Shown one piece after another: positions 47,267 through 61,625 of a DNA stretch of 64,000 bases. The notes under the pieces are model-generated. The model had not been told where the DNA came from. It made no database searches and saw only the letters and a list, made by a program, of their open reading frames with translations. Source of the DNA: Asterias rubens (lineage: Eukaryota); assembly GCF_902459465.1 (NCBI RefSeq), contig NC_047075.1, positions 4,402,001 through 4,466,000 on the forward strand, written 5' to 3'. The position numbers were made by a program, and so were the translations under genes. How positions within the stretch are numbered: position 1 is the first letter of the stretch; each line of letters opens with the position of its first letter.

Positions 47267-50200
47267 CTATCAACTCATTGAACAGGTACAGGGAATAAGA
47301 TGGAACAACTGGAGTGGGGATTATTAAAAATTGCATCATGAAAACACGGCAAGTTTTTTCGAATTCAAACCTTACCAAGGCCAGGGTTTTTGGGACATAA
47401 AGTGATTGACTTGTTGAACTGGAAAGGTTATTTTCTTCGCTGTATCTAAGAACATGAAGAATGCCTGACACTCTCCATTTGAGCACAGAGATCAAGAACA
47501 CATCAACGGTAGGCCCTTTTAACCTTGTTAACGCTATCAATGTTTTAAAAAAGGAAGAAAAGAAAGGTAAACAAAAACTACAACAAAAACAATTTCCAAT
47601 TCTAGTAATAAATTCTAGTAAAAAGATCAACTAAAAATTCAATTTTAATGAGAAGACTCAAATTTCTTTGACAAAGGAACTGCCGACTGTTTGTTGGTGG
47701 ACATTACGAAAACATTCACAGCGGTATAATTTAATTTAACATAATTCTAAAGTTGATTCCCATTCAGTATACAAACATCGGAAATATGAAATCAGATATT
47801 AGATACCGACTGTTTGACTATTGCAGTGAGATGAAAAATTATTGTTTTAGGGCCTATTGTAGAATATTCTTTACTAGAATTTGTCATTTGACATTTTATG
47901 AAAGTAGCATTTACCAAGTGTTGAAATGTGTTGTGAAGTGAATTAAGGTAAAAGTTTATTTATAAACTTTTCCGAGCGGCCAGCTATTTTGTTTTGAAAG
48001 TTGAAAACTTGTATCGGTTTTATTGTTGAATGGAAGATGAAACATACTTGTTGAACATGTAGATCCCATGCTTGTGCTATTCAAAGGATTGGACACCTTT
48101 AGTAGTTGTCAAAGTAAACTAAATTGTTAATCGAAGTTGCAAGAGAATAATGAAAGAAAAAATACCCTTGTTGCACAAATTTGTGTGCTTTCAATCAGAT
48201 GCATAAAAAAGGCTTCAGGCTTGAAGTCTTTTAATATTTGATAAAAAAATTGACTCTATCTCAAAGAACTATGTTACTTCAGAGGGAGCCGTTTCTCACA
48301 ATGTTTTACATTGTACACTATCGACAGCTCTCAGTTGCTCGTTACCAAGTACGTTTTTAGGCTAAAAATCATTTTGAGTAATTACCAAATGGTGTCCAGT
48401 GCCTTTAAGCAAGTGATCCAATGAAGTACATATAATTTATTTATAATTCATACCTCAGACAGTTTCGCTATTCCTATTGGTGGAGAGCGCGTCACGTGGG
48501 TGTGTATAAACCTTTGTTTATGACCAGTAAAGAGTGTTGAAACATGGGCGTGACACACGAGCTTGCACCTGTTCTTTTAAGACAGTTTTTCATTCCTATT
48601 GGTCGAGAGCAACGGCTGAAACAGTCATGCCACATCACGCGATACGCACGACGCGCACAGCATTCCCTTATAAGTTGTTTACCCGATCGGGCCGAGGGCC
48701 TTACTATTTCATAGCTGGAGGGGTGTTGTGTTGAAAGAAACTATTGTACAATTAAAAATGTTGCATTTATTTTACTTTTTGACCAAAAAGTGTTGATGTT
48801 TTTTGACTGAAAAGGTATTTATCGGTTTTCAACTAGTGGTTTAAACCCGCCGAGGCCTGGTTCTTGATAATTTACCTCAACTTCGTCTCGGTAAAATTAT
48901 CAAGAACCAGGCCTCTTTGGGATTAAACCACTAGTTGAAAACCTCTTCACCACACATTGATTCCATTATTTATAAAACATTTTTGTGTGCAAATATTGTG
49001 TAATTGTTTAGGTGCACAACAGAAATACCAAGCACTTGAGTGGTCTAAGTGGTACATATAAGTGATTTGTTTTTGTAGGACTTAGAATTTAACTAGTGAC
49101 ACTTTAAAAATATAATGATAAAATATAAATATTGTGAAATGTTGAGAAGAGATGTGAAAATCCGATTGTCGTACCACAACTTTCCACACTGGATGGTTCA
49201 TGAATTGACAATAAAACACATTTATCTAGACTTTAGTTCAACGGAGGCCTGGCCTCAAGATGGTAAAGTCTCAATGATGCAACAATCTGATTTCGTCCAG
49301 CATTGTTTAACCAAACGATTGATGGCGATAACCAGCTAAGTTTGTTGGTATAGAAATAATTTCAAAGATCAGCCAAATTGTTTACTGAAATAATCAAGGT
49401 GTGTTTTTAAATTTACAGAGCAGAAGTTAAAATTGTGACCTGGAAATTCAAAACTTTTTTTTGTCGGAAGGAAATAGAATCGCACAACTAGGCCTATTAC
49501 AAAATGTTTAACAGAGTGTTTAAGAAAAGATTTTTTGAAATGGTATTTTCTCTTTTTATTCTATTGTGATTATAGCTGCACACATGCTGTTGGATAGTAG
49601 AATTACATGGCACGTGAACTGATTATATTGATATAATAAGTGATCCAAGTCATTTGTATTTGTAGGACTTAGAATTTAACTAGTGACACTTTAAAAATAT
49701 AATGATAAAATATAAATATTGTGAAATGTTGAGAAGAGATGTGAAAATCAGATTGTCGTACCACAACTTTCCACACTGCTTCGTGTGGGGGAAGAGTCCA
49801 GAGATTTGACCATGGATCAAGAACCTCAGTCTCCTGACGATGACCAGAGCAAGCTAGTCAAAACGTTGAGACCAATTCAGAACTGACTCCGCGGTTAATT
49901 ACGATCCTATAAGCTAAAGTAGTAGTCCAGTCTAATTTCTATACCATCCGCCCTGGTAATAGTTAAAAAGCAGGACAGTTCTTTTCAGAACTGAGAAGTC
50001 TCCCGAACCTCCGATTATCTACTCAACGGCAGTAGAATAAAGCAATACAGTTCCCTAAGAACAACTCTACCTGGCAAGTAGATACACACATGGTGTTACC
50101 GCAAACCAAATATACATTGATACCTCACCATGCAATGCCTCAAATCCTATATATGATCAAGAATCTATCAAACCTTTGATTATGTAGAGGCATTAGTTCC

Positions 50201-52673
50201 TGTAAGACCAAGTGTGAAAGTACAGTAAACAGTTGACAATCTGATTTTGTTTTAAAAGCATTGTTTAACCATCAGGTGAAACCAAAAAGGCAGCTGAATT
50301 TTGAGCTAAAGAAATTGTTTCTAAGAAATCATTGCAAAGATTGGTGTACATAGCAACATTAGTTACTAAAATAATCAAAATTAATATGTTTTTAAATAAT
50401 TAACGACGCGGAAGTCAACTTTGTGGACAGGATGTCAAAAGGCATGTGTTCTATCTGATGTCAAAACCATATCAGAAATGTTCAACTGAGAGTTTAAGAA
50501 AAGACTTTTTAATAATATATTATTCTCTTTTTAATTAAAATTGTTTCCTTAATCTTTAAGTGTGTAAACCTTAGATTAGTGATATGAAAATCACCTTTTG
50601 AGCTATTTTGACATTGGCTTAAATCCAGGGCCAATTTAAGAACAACTAAAGCTATCAAGTCAAACGTATGGACTAGAAATCTATGTAAAAAAAATGTTCC
50701 CCTATATTATCTTGATGGGAAAAAGTGTATCAGATGTTCAACTGAGTAATTTCAAAGGAGGAATTTTCAAAAGTGTGTTTTCTACTTTTAATTAATTGAA
50801 TTGTCTTAATTTTAATTTATTTAAAGCTAGAATTTGTGATTTAAAGAAAAAGAATAACTTTTTGCATGACTATACAAAAATTCATACTTATCCAGGGTCA
50901 ATTTCAGAACAATGAAAACCAATTAAGATTTAATGATCCATGCCGCAACAAAGTTTCATGACCAAACGGCCTAAGCATCAAACTAAAATCATAATGATTA
51001 TGTATGTCCTCAGAGTTTGGGTTTGAATCCCTGACATGTTATTTGTATTCTTTGCCAAGACACTTAACATTAATTGTTCCTCTTCACCAGGAGTATATTG
51101 GTACTTGTGAGTGTGGCCACTGTACATGTTGTGTGAATAATTAGCAACTTGGGCAACAATTTGTCAACAGTCTGAAAGAAATACTTGCAAAGATCAGTAG
51201 ATCAGCAAAATTATGAACTGAAATGGGCTAATCACTGTGTTTTTTAATATTTTGAGAAGCAGTTTGTGGACTGGAAAGTCAAAACAGTTATTGTTTTTAT
51301 CTGGTTGACAAAAACAATATCAGAAATGTTCAAAATTCCTGAGTGTTTAAGAAAAGACTTTTTGAAAGCACATATTTTTCTCCTTTTATTTTACCTTAAT
51401 TTTATCTGTATTAATGCTGTTTATGTTATGTAAACCTTAGTTGAGTGAATAAAACAAAAACATTTGTTTAATTGACATACGTAACTGTCACCTGTACCTG
51501 TGAGTGTGGACCTTGTTAACATTGTTGTGAATGATTAATGGCAACATGTGTACCCATTGGGATGCTGGTGCTGCATACTCCACAGGAGTTGAGATGGGTC
51601 AAGGAATGCCAAAGGCCCAAAAGAGGTACAAATAACCAAGGCATTCCTTGGGTGAGATTCAAACCCACAACCCCTTGGGTCCACGGGATAAAACCCCCAA
51701 TAGCCAATATTCATCTTACACGTATATTTATCCCATTTTGTGACAAGGAATTCCAGAAAATGTATAGGCCTACCGCGGTTTGGTTAAGTGTGTTAAAGGA
51801 TACATGTAAGATAAATTTATTACTCTACTAGTCCTGCCTCATATAGTCTCTACTTATAGTCGCTACACCTACATGTACATGTAGTCCCAACTAATTCTTA
51901 ATTTAAATTCTCAAGATGCATTGCGGCATACATTGTACTCTTTGCCGCAGGCACAAAATAGTAAAATTCACAAGGAAAGGAATGGGTCAAGGCTGATGTC
52001 TGATTGTGATGGTGTGAATAGTCATGAGAAACACAATTGGTTCACCAAGCAGGAAGTCACGACAATTTTTGGATTAGTCATGGCGGCATGATTATTCAAG
52101 TAGTTGAACAACGGTTTGTAGTTGCAGTTCGACTAAGTATTAGTTTTGACTTTGACACTAGCCACACAAGTCGCCCAGGCTAAAAAGTGTTAAGCACTGC
52201 CCAGAACCCTCCCTGAGTCCTGTGAACAAAAATCCATATTACTCGGGTGGGATTCAAACCCACGGACTACATGTATGCCACTTCTAGAGCAGTTTTCATA
52301 CCAATGGATTAGTATATTGCAGGTTTTGATTTCACAAAGCACATTCAGAGTTATCAATGAACTAGCCAATGAATTTGTTTTAATTGCTAAGGGCAATTAC
52401 AAATTGGAGTAAAACCATGTAACAAAAAAACAAACAAAAATAAAAACAAGTAAAAAATAAAGCAATTTAGTGATAATATTGACTGTTTAGCAAGTTCAGC
52501 TGTTTAGCAAATACGGCAAGTTCTGTAACTATCAACTCTTCCAATTGACCAACTATTAATTGACCAGAGACAGGGAATAAAACGGAACAACTGGAGTGGG
52601 GATTATTACTCCCTCAAGGAATACAGCATAAAAATATGGCAAACAAGCCATTCAAAAAATCAGACTCTTACCC
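47267..52673 (+). repeat. Segmental duplication block ZW, copy 1 (3' flank of F1)
   Basis: Colinear and near-identical (small indels) to 55404-60776, including shared TE insertions. Confidence 0.92.
49829..49872 (+). ncRNA. Hammerhead-like motif, G12>A (paralog at 57933-57976)
   Basis: gtctc-CTGACGA-t-gac(c/t)ag-agcaag-ctagtc-aAAAC-GTT-gagac; stem I gtctc/gagac; stem II perfect in the 57933 copy. Confidence 0.45.
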
Positions 52674-53240
52674 AAGCGAATTGTTGGAACATGAATTGAT
52701 TGACATGTTGAACTGGAAAGGTTATTTTCTTTGCTGTAAGAAATGCCAAGAGACTATCCCTTTGAACACAGGGACCAACAACTCATCAACGGTAGGATTT
52801 TTAATCATGTTAACATTGTCAATTGAAATGTTAAAGGAACAGAAAAAAGAAAAGATTTGCTAAAAACAAAAACCAGCTCATTACCAAATCAAATAAATCA
52901 ATGGCTGTTTGGCTCTGGGTTCAATAGGTTACTTATGGATCATTTTCTCAGTCAGGACAATGATTGTGCTGAGCAAGAAGGTGCCTGGTGGTTTTATGCC
53001 TGCTTTACTGCTCATCTGAATGGTAAATACTATCTACCGGGAGACGTGTCATATGGACAGGGAATACAATGGGCCTAGTGGACAGGACATGACTAGTCTA
53101 CGCCCTGAAGGAATGCCACATGAAAATACGGCAAATCTTAACTCATTGACCAAAGACAGGGAACTAAATGGAATGACTGGAGTGGGGATCATTACATACT
53201 CCCTGAAGAAATATATGCATGAAAATACGGGAAGTAATAT
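52510..53240 (+). pseudogene. Decayed FReD C-terminal fragments
   Basis: About 52960-53135 reads DNDCAEQEGAWWFYACFTAHLNGKYYLPGDVSYGQGIQWA* and then stops. Further echoes of tactccctgaagaaatgcagcatgaaaatacggcaag lie near 52605-52645 and 53195-53235. Confidence 0.75.
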
Positions 53241-54416
53241 AAACTCAAACTCTTACCCATGCGCTGTGGGAACATGAATTGATTGACTTGTTGAACTGAA
53301 ATGTTTATTCTTCGCTGTAAGGAATGCCCCGAGACTCTGCATACGAACACAGAGATCAAGGGCTTAATTGTTTCTATGTATTGAGCAAACGGTCCACACG
53401 ACCATCTCAACTTAAAGGCTGGCCAAATGAAAGCGAATATTATGCAAACAGTTTTGACTCTTGCCTCTAGAGCTGCAGGTAAATTCACAGCATTCTTATT
53501 ATTTAAGAAAGTCTCTGAATTATCAAAACCTAGCGCACTCTGAAGTCGCCTACAGCTTTTACTTGTAAAGTTTAACATTGTACATATTAAAGTCTTGATT
53601 GTGTGGTGCACTAGATGAAGTTTGTACTCTCTACTTCTAATAACTTATCTACAACAATTTTAGGCCAGTCTTCGGAAACATCAAAGACCTTCAGGCATTG
53701 AAGTGGTGGAGGCAGTAATCCAAATTGGCATGGTATGAGCACGTTCTTCACTGCAACTCCTTATCATTTAAAACCTTAATTGTGAAAATTGGTTGTCACT
53801 CAACTATTAATTACATTACATAAACGGGAAACCGTGTTGCACAGAAGGTCAAGTTTACTTTGGTTTGGATATTAGATTTGCCTGATGCTCATGAATATTC
53901 ATGACATTGCCTAATATGATGATGGAATCAAGGTTAGCATGGTAGGAGCACGTCCTTCTCTGCTACGCCTCAACTAATTAAGACCTTAATTTGTGCAATT
54001 TGGTTATCACTCAACAACTAGTTAAATTTAATTAAAGGAAAACGTGTTGAGCAGACGGTCAAGTCCATAACTTCATCTTGATATAGATTTGCCAGAGAAC
54101 GCTCATAAATATTCATGACAATGCCAGAAAGGACCAATCAAATGGTACAAAGTGTTGTTATTTACTTGTTACTATGGGTTACCCCTTAGTTACCATTAGT
54201 AACAGCACTGACGTACTATGCTAGGCTGCCTTCAAAATAACCAAACTCCTCTGATCTTCATCACTTCAGTGAAGAAACAACCGATGAAAGGATATCAAGA
54301 TACTGTAATCCAGAGAGTATAAGGTTGACTGAAATCTACATGTAACTCTTGTCTTTTCATTCAATACAGTTTCCTTCAGGAATTTTTACATTTTTATATG
54401 CCTCTAAAGCTTGATC

Positions 54417-55403
54417 ATGATAGTTGTTATCACATCCCTGTTTTTGACCTTGATGACACAATGCTGTCAGAGTGAGACTCTACGACAGTTCACTGGGGAA
54501 ACCTACTTGGCTGAAAACCGTGCCTTACTGAATCATGTGTTTGAGTGGAAGACTGTATCTTCTCCTGTGATCTGTGGGCGAGACTGCTTTATGGATGCAC
54601 AGTGTGCATCATTCAACTATCACATCAGAAGACGTATTTGTGTGTTGAATAATGCTAGCAGAGCTCACAGTCCCGATGACTTTGTTGCAATTGAAGGGAG
54701 TGCCTACTATGATGACAACTTGGACGCTTTGTCATTTTCACTGCCCAGCACTATGAATTACAGTGGTTGTTTGGATTTGTATCAAGCTGGTTACCGCAGC
54801 AATAGTTTATACACCATCTTTCCTAAAAGTCGGACTGACGGGTTACAGGTTTACTGTGATATGGAGACAGATGGAGGAGGCTGGATCGTGTTCCAGAGGA
54901 GACAAGATGGCTCTGGTGACTTTTACCGTACCTGGACTGAATACCAATCTGGGTTTGGTGATCTGCAGAATGAGTTCTGGTTGGGGAATGATATCCTGCG
55001 TGACCTTACTGGATCGGGTCAATGGGAGCTCAGTGTAGATATGGAAGATTGGCAGTCCAACACATCGTGGGCTTCTTATGGTGAGTTTGCTGTTACAGGT
55101 GACAAGTACACTCTCCAGGTTGGTTCATATGATGCTCAGAGTCCAGCAGGTGATTCAATGGCAGGTAGTAATGGCCATTCATTCTCAACAAAGGATCAAG
55201 ACAATGATGCAAGGTCTGGTTACAATTGTGCCGAGCAAAGTGAAGGTGCCTGGTGGTTTAAAGCTTGCTTTACTGCTCATCTGAACGGTAAATACTATCC
55301 ACAGGGAGAGGTGTCATATGCAGAGGGAATACAATGGGACGCGTGGAAAGGATATGAATACTCCCTGAAGAAATGCAGCATGAAAATACGGCAAGTTTTG
55401 TAA
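54417..55403 (+). CDS. Secreted PAN/Apple + FReD protein F2, about 328 aa, uninterrupted CDS
   Basis: First ATG at 54417 (the ORF track starts at TTG 54411). Signal MIVVITSLFLTLMTQCCQS; same domain layout as F1. Possible 5'-UTR acceptor cctctaaag just upstream. Confidence 0.92.
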   Translation: MIVVITSLFLTLMTQCCQSETLRQFTGETYLAENRALLNHVFEWKTVSSPVICGRDCFMDAQCASFNYHIRRRICVLNNASRAHSPDDFVAIEGSAYYDDNLDALSFSLPSTMNYSGCLDLYQAGYRSNSLYTIFPKSRTDGLQVYCDMETDGGGWIVFQRRQDGSGDFYRTWTEYQSGFGDLQNEFWLGNDILRDLTGSGQWELSVDMEDWQSNTSWASYGEFAVTGDKYTLQVGSYDAQSPAGDSMAGSNGHSFSTKDQDNDARSGYNCAEQSEGAWWFKACFTAHLNGKYYPQGEVSYAEGIQWDAWKGYEYSLKKCSMKIRQVL

Positions 55404-58400
55404 CTATCAACTCATTGAACAGGTACAGGGAATAAGATGGAACAACTGGAGTGGGGATTATTAAAAATTGCATCATGAAAACACGGCAAGTTTTTTCGAA
55501 TTCAAACTCTTACCAAGGCCAGGGTTTATGGGACATGAAGTGATTGACTTGTTGAACTGGAAAGGTTATCTTCTTCGCTGTAACTAAGAACATGAAGAAT
55601 GCCTGAGACTCTCCATTTGAGCACAGAGATCAAGAACACATCAACGGTAGGCCCTTTTAACCTTGTTAACGCTATCAATGTTTTAAAAAAGGAAGAAAAG
55701 AAAGGTAAACAAAAACTACAACAAAAACAATTTCCAATAAATTCTAGTAAAAGATCAACTAAAAATTCAATTTTAATGAGAAGGCTCGAGTTTCTTTGAC
55801 AAAGGAACTGCCGACTGTTTGTTGGTGGACATTACGAAAACATTCACAGCGGTATAATTTAATTTAACATCATTCTAAAGTTGATTTCCATTCAGTAAAC
55901 AAACATCGGAAATATGAAATCAGATATTAGATACCGACTGTTTGACTATTGCAGTGAGATGAAAAACTATTGTTTTATTGTAGAATATTCTTTACTAGAA
56001 TTTGTCTTTGAAGTGTTGAAATGTGTTGTGAAGCGAACTAAGGTAAAAGTTTATTTATAAACTTGTCCGAGCGGCCAGCTATTTTGTTTTGAAAGTTGAA
56101 AACTTGTATCGGTTTTATTGTTGAATGGAAGATGAAACATACTTGTTGTACATGTAGATCCCATGCTTGTGCTATTCAAAGGATTGGACACCTTTAGTAG
56201 TTGTCAAAGTAAACTAAATTGTTAATCGAAGTTGCAAGAGAATAATGAAAGAAAAAATACCCTTGTTGCACAAATTTGTGTGCTTTCAATCAGATGCATA
56301 AAAAAGGCTTCAGGCTTGAAGTCTTTTAATATTTGATCACAAAATTACCTCTATCTCAAAAAACTATGTTACTTCAGAGGGAGCCGTTTCTCACAATGTT
56401 TTACATTGTACACCATCGACAGCTCTTAGTTGCTCGTTACCAAATAAGTTTTTAGGCTAAAAATCATTTTGAGTAATTACCAAAGGGTGTCCAGTGCCTT
56501 TAAGCAAGTGATCCAATGAAGTACATATAATTTATTTCTAATTCATACCTCAGACAGTTTCGCTATTCCTATTATTGGTGGAGAGCGCGTCACGTGGGTG
56601 TGTACAAACCTTTGTTTATGACCAGTAAAAAGTGTTGAAACATGGGCGTGACACACGAGCTTGCACCTGTTCTTTTAAGACAGTTTTTTTATTCCTATTG
56701 GTCGAGAGCAACGGCTGAAACAGTCATGCCACATCACGCGATACGCACGACGCGCACAGCATTTCCTTATAAGTTGTTTATCCGATCGGGCCTAGGGCCT
56801 TACTATTTCATAGCTGGAGGGGTGTTGTGTTGAAAGAAACTATTGTACAATTAAAAATGTTGCATTTATTTTACTTTTTTTATTTTTACTTTGTACCAAT
56901 GTTTTTTGACTGAAAAGGTATTTATCGGTTTTCAACTAGTGGTTTAAACCCGCCGAGGCCTGGTTCTTGATAATTTACCTCAACTTCGTCTCGGTAAAAT
57001 TATCAAGAACCAGGCCTCTTTGGGATTAAACCACTAGTTGAAAACCTCTTCACCACACATTGATTCCATTATTTACATGTATAACACATTTTTGTGTGCA
57101 AATATTGTGTAATTGTTTAGGTGCACAACAGAAATACCAAGCACTTGAGTGGTCTAAGTGGTACATATAAGTGATTTGTTTTTGTAGGACTTAAAATTAG
57201 TGAAACTTTAAAAATATAATGATAAAATATAAATATTGTGAAATGTTGAGAAGAGATGTGAAAATCCGATTGTCGTACCACAACTTTCCACACTGGATGG
57301 TTCATGAATTGACAATAAAACACATTTATCTAGACTTTAGTTCAACGGAGGCCTGGCCTCAAGATGGTAAAGTCTCAATGATGCAACAATCTGATTTCGT
57401 CCAGCATTGTTTAACCAAACGATTGATGGCGATAACCAGCTAAGTTTGTTGGTATAGAAATAATTTCAAAGATCAGCCAAATTGTTTACTGAAATAATCA
57501 AGGTGTGTTTTTAAATTTACAGAGCAGAAGTTAAAATTGTGACCTGGAAATTCAAAACTTTTTTTTGTCGGAAGGAAATAGAATCGCACAACTAGGCCTA
57601 TTACAAAATGTTTAACAGAGTGTTTAAGAAAAGATTTTTTGAAATGGTATTTTCTCTTTTTATTCTATTGTGATTATAGCTGCACACATGCTGTTGGATA
57701 GTAGAATTACATGGCACATGAACTGATTATATTGATATAATAAGTGATCTAAGTAATTTGTATTTGCAGGACTTAGAATTTAACTAGTGACACTTTAAAA
57801 ATATAATGATAAAATATAAATATTGTGAAATGTTGAGAAGAGATGTGAAAATCAGATTGTCGTACCACAACTTTCCACACTGCTTCGTGTGGGGGAAGAG
57901 TCCACAGATTTGACCATGGATCAAGAACCTCAGTCTCCTGACGATGACTAGAGCAAGCTAGTCAAAACGTTGAGACCAATTCAGAACTGACTCCGCGGCA
58001 GTACAGTTAATTACGATCCTATAAGCTAAAGTAGTAGTCCAGTCTAATTTCTATACCATCCGCCCTGGTAATAGTTAAAAAGCAGGACAGTTCTTTTCAG
58101 AACTGAGAAGTCTCCCGAACCTCCGATTATCTACTCCACGGCAGTAGAATAAAGCAATACAGTTCCCTAAGAACAACTCTACCTGGCAAGTAGATACACA
58201 CATGGTGTTACCGCAAACCAAATATACATTGATACCTCACCATGCAATGCCTCAATCCTATATATGATCAAGAATCTATCAAACCTTTGATTATGTAGAG
58301 GCATTAGTTCCTGTAAGACCAAGTGTGAAAGTACAGTAAACAGTTGACAATCTGATTTTGTTTTAAAAGCATTGTTTAACCATCAGGTGAAACCAAAAAG

Positions 58401-60776
58401 GCAGCTGAATTTTGAGTTAAAGAAATTGTTTCTAAGAAATCATTGCAAAGATTGGTGTACATGTACATAGCAACATTAGTTACTAAAATAATCAAAATTA
58501 ATATGTGTTTAAATAATTAACGACGCGGAAGTCAACTTTGTGGACAGGATGTCAAAAGGCATGTGTTCTATCTGATGTCAAACCCATATCAGAAATGTTT
58601 AACTGAGTGTTTAAGAAAAGACTTTTTAATAATAATTCTTCTCTCTTTAATTAAAATTGTTTTCTTAATCTTTAAGTATGTAAACCTTAAATTAGTGATA
58701 TGAAAATCACCTTTTGAGCTATTTTGACATTCACTTATCCAGGGCCAATTTAAGAACAAGGAAAGCTATCTTAAGTCAAACGTATGGACTGGAAATCTAT
58801 ATTAAAAAAAATTCCCCTATATTATCTTGATGGGAAAAAGTGTATCAGATGTTCAACAGAGTTATTTCAAAGGAAGGATTTTCAATAGTGTATTTTCTAC
58901 TTTTAATTAACTGTATTGTCTTAATTTTTATTTATTTAAAGCTAGAATTAGTGATTTAAAGAAAGCAAAACTTTTTGCATGACTATACAGAAATTCACAC
59001 AATCAGGGCCAATTTTAGAACAATGAAAACCAATTAAGATTTTATGATCCATGCCGCAACAAAGTTTCATGACCAAACGGCCTAAGCATCAAACTAAAAT
59101 CATAATGATTATGTATGTCCTCAGAGTTTGGGTTTGAATCCCTGACATGTTATTTGTATTCTTTGCCAAGACACTTAACATTAATTGTTCCTCTTCACCA
59201 GGAGTATATTGGTACCTGTGAGTGTGGCCAATGTACATGTTGTGTGAATAATTAGCAACTTGGGCAACAATTTGTCAACAGTCTGAGAGAAATACTTGCA
59301 AAGATCAGTAGATCAGCAAAATTATGAACTGAAATAGGCTAATCACTGTGTTTTTAAATATTTTGAGAAGCAGTTTGTGGACTGGAAAGTCAAAACAGTT
59401 ATTGTTTTTACCTGGTTGACAAAAACAATATCAGAAATGTTCAAAATTCCTGAGTGTTTAAGAAAAGACTTCTTGAAAGCACATATTATTCTCCTTTTAT
59501 TTTACCTTAATTTTATTTGTATTAATGCTGTTTATGTTATGTAAACCTTAGATGAGTGAATAAAACAAAACATTTTTTGAATGACATACGTAACTGTCAC
59601 CTGTGCCTGTGAGTGTGGACCTTGTTAACATTGTTGTTAATGATTAATGGCAACGTGTGTGCCCATTGGGATGCTGGTGCTGCATACTCCACAGGAGTTG
59701 AGATGAGTCAAGGAATGCCAAAGGCCCAAAAGAGGTACCAATAACCAAGGCATTCCTTGGGTGAGATTCAAACCCACAACCCCTTGGGTCCACGGGATAA
59801 AACCCCCAATAGCCAATATTCATCTTACACGTATATTTATCCCATTTTGTGACAAGGAATTCCAGAAAATGTATGGGCTACCGTGGTTTGGTTAAGTGTG
59901 TTAAAGTATACATGTAAGATAAATTTATTACTCTACTAGTCCTGCCTCATATAGTCGCTGCTTATAGTCGCTACACCTACATGTACATGTATTCCCAACA
60001 ATTCTTAATTTAAATTCTCAAGATGCATTGCGGCATACATTGTACTCTTTGCCGCAGGCACAAAATAGTAAAATTCACAAGGAAAGGAATGGGTCAAGGC
60101 TGATGTCTGATTGTGATGGTGTGAATAGTCATGAGAAACACAATTGGTTCACCAAGCAGGAAGTCACAACAATTTTTGGATTAGTCATGGCGGCATGATT
60201 ATTCAAGTAGTTGAGCAACGGTTTGTAGTTGCAGTTCGACTAAGTATTAGTTTTGACTTTGACACTAGCCACACAAGTCGCCCAGGCTAAGTGTTAAGCA
60301 CTGCCCAAAACCTTCCCTGAGTCCTGTGAACAAAAATCCATATTACTTGGGTGGGATTCAAACCCACGGACTACATGTATGCCACTTCTAGAGCAGTTTT
60401 CATACCAATGGATTAGTATAATGCAGGTTTTGATTTCACAAAGCACATTCAGAGCTATCAATGAACTAGCCAATGAATTTGTTTTAATTGCTAAGGGCAA
60501 TTACAAATTGGAGTAAAACCATGTAACAAAAAAACAAACGAAAATAAAACACGTAAAAAATAAAGCAATTTAGTGATAATATTGACTGTTTAGCAAGTTC
60601 AGCTGTTTAGCAAATACGGCAAGTTCTGTAACTATCAACTGTTCCAATTGACCAACTATTAATTGACCAGGGACAGGGAATAAAACGGAACAACTGGAGT
60701 GGGGATTATTACTCCCTCAAGGAATACAGCATGAAAATATGGCAACCAAGCCATTCAAAAACTCAGACTCTTACCC
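55404..60776 (+). repeat. Segmental duplication block ZW, copy 2 (3' flank of F2)
   Basis: Same start (gtaactatcaactcattgaacagg) and same end (cagactcttaccc) as 47267-52673. Confidence 0.92.
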
Positions 60777-61612
60777 TGTGGACGAGACTGCTCTTTGGAT
60801 CCACAGTGTGCATCATTCAACTATCACATCATAAAAGGTATTTGTGAGTTGAATAATGCCAGCAGAGCTCACAACCCTAATGATTTTGTTGAGATTCAAG
60901 GGAGCGCCTACTATGACGACAACTTGGATACTTTTTCATTTTCACTACCAACCACTACAAGTTACAGCAGTTGTCTGGAGTTGTATCAAGCTGGTTACCA
61001 CATCAATGGTTTATATACACCATCTTTCCTTCACTAAGTCTGACTGATGGGTTACAGGTTTACTGTGATATGGAGACAGATGGAGGAGGCTGGATCGTGT
61101 TCCAGAGGAGACAAGATTGCTCAGTTGACTTTTATCGTAACTGGACTGAATACCAATCTGGGTTTGGTGATCTACAGAATGAGTTGTGGCTGGGGAATGA
61201 CATCCTGCGTGACCTTATTGGATCAGGTCAATGGCAACTCAGAGTAGATATGGAAGATTGGCAGTCCAACACATCGTGGGCTTCTTATGGTGAATTTGCT
61301 GTTACAGGTGACAAGTACACTCTCCAGGTTGGTTCATATGATGCTCAGAGTCCAGCAGGTGATTCAATGGCATGGCATGATGGCCAATCATTCACAACGA
61401 AGGATCAAGACAATGATGCAGGGTCTGGTTACAATTGTGCCGAGCGATATGAAGGTGCCTGGTGGTTTAAGGATTGCTTTCAAGCTCATCTGAACGGTAA
61501 ATACTATCCACAGGGAGAGGTTTACTTGTCAGAGGGAATACAATGGTACAGCTGGAAAGGATATTACTACTCCCTGAAGAAATGCAGCATGAAAATACGG
61601 CAAGTTTTGTAA
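60777..61612 (+). pseudogene. PAN/Apple + FReD paralog F3: 5'-truncated, frameshifted
   Basis: Begins mid-PAN (tgtggacgagactgc) fused to flank sequence, with no ATG or signal peptide. A 2-nt gain (ggtttatatacacc vs ggtttatacacc) splits it into ORFs 60795-61037 and 60971-61612. Confidence 0.85.
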
Positions 61613-61625
61613 CTATCAACTCACC

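Noticed and set aside
48534-48734. Recurrent short ORFs (HHAIRTTRTAFPYK) at 48534 and 56642
   Set aside because: They lie within non-coding family-E repeat copies.
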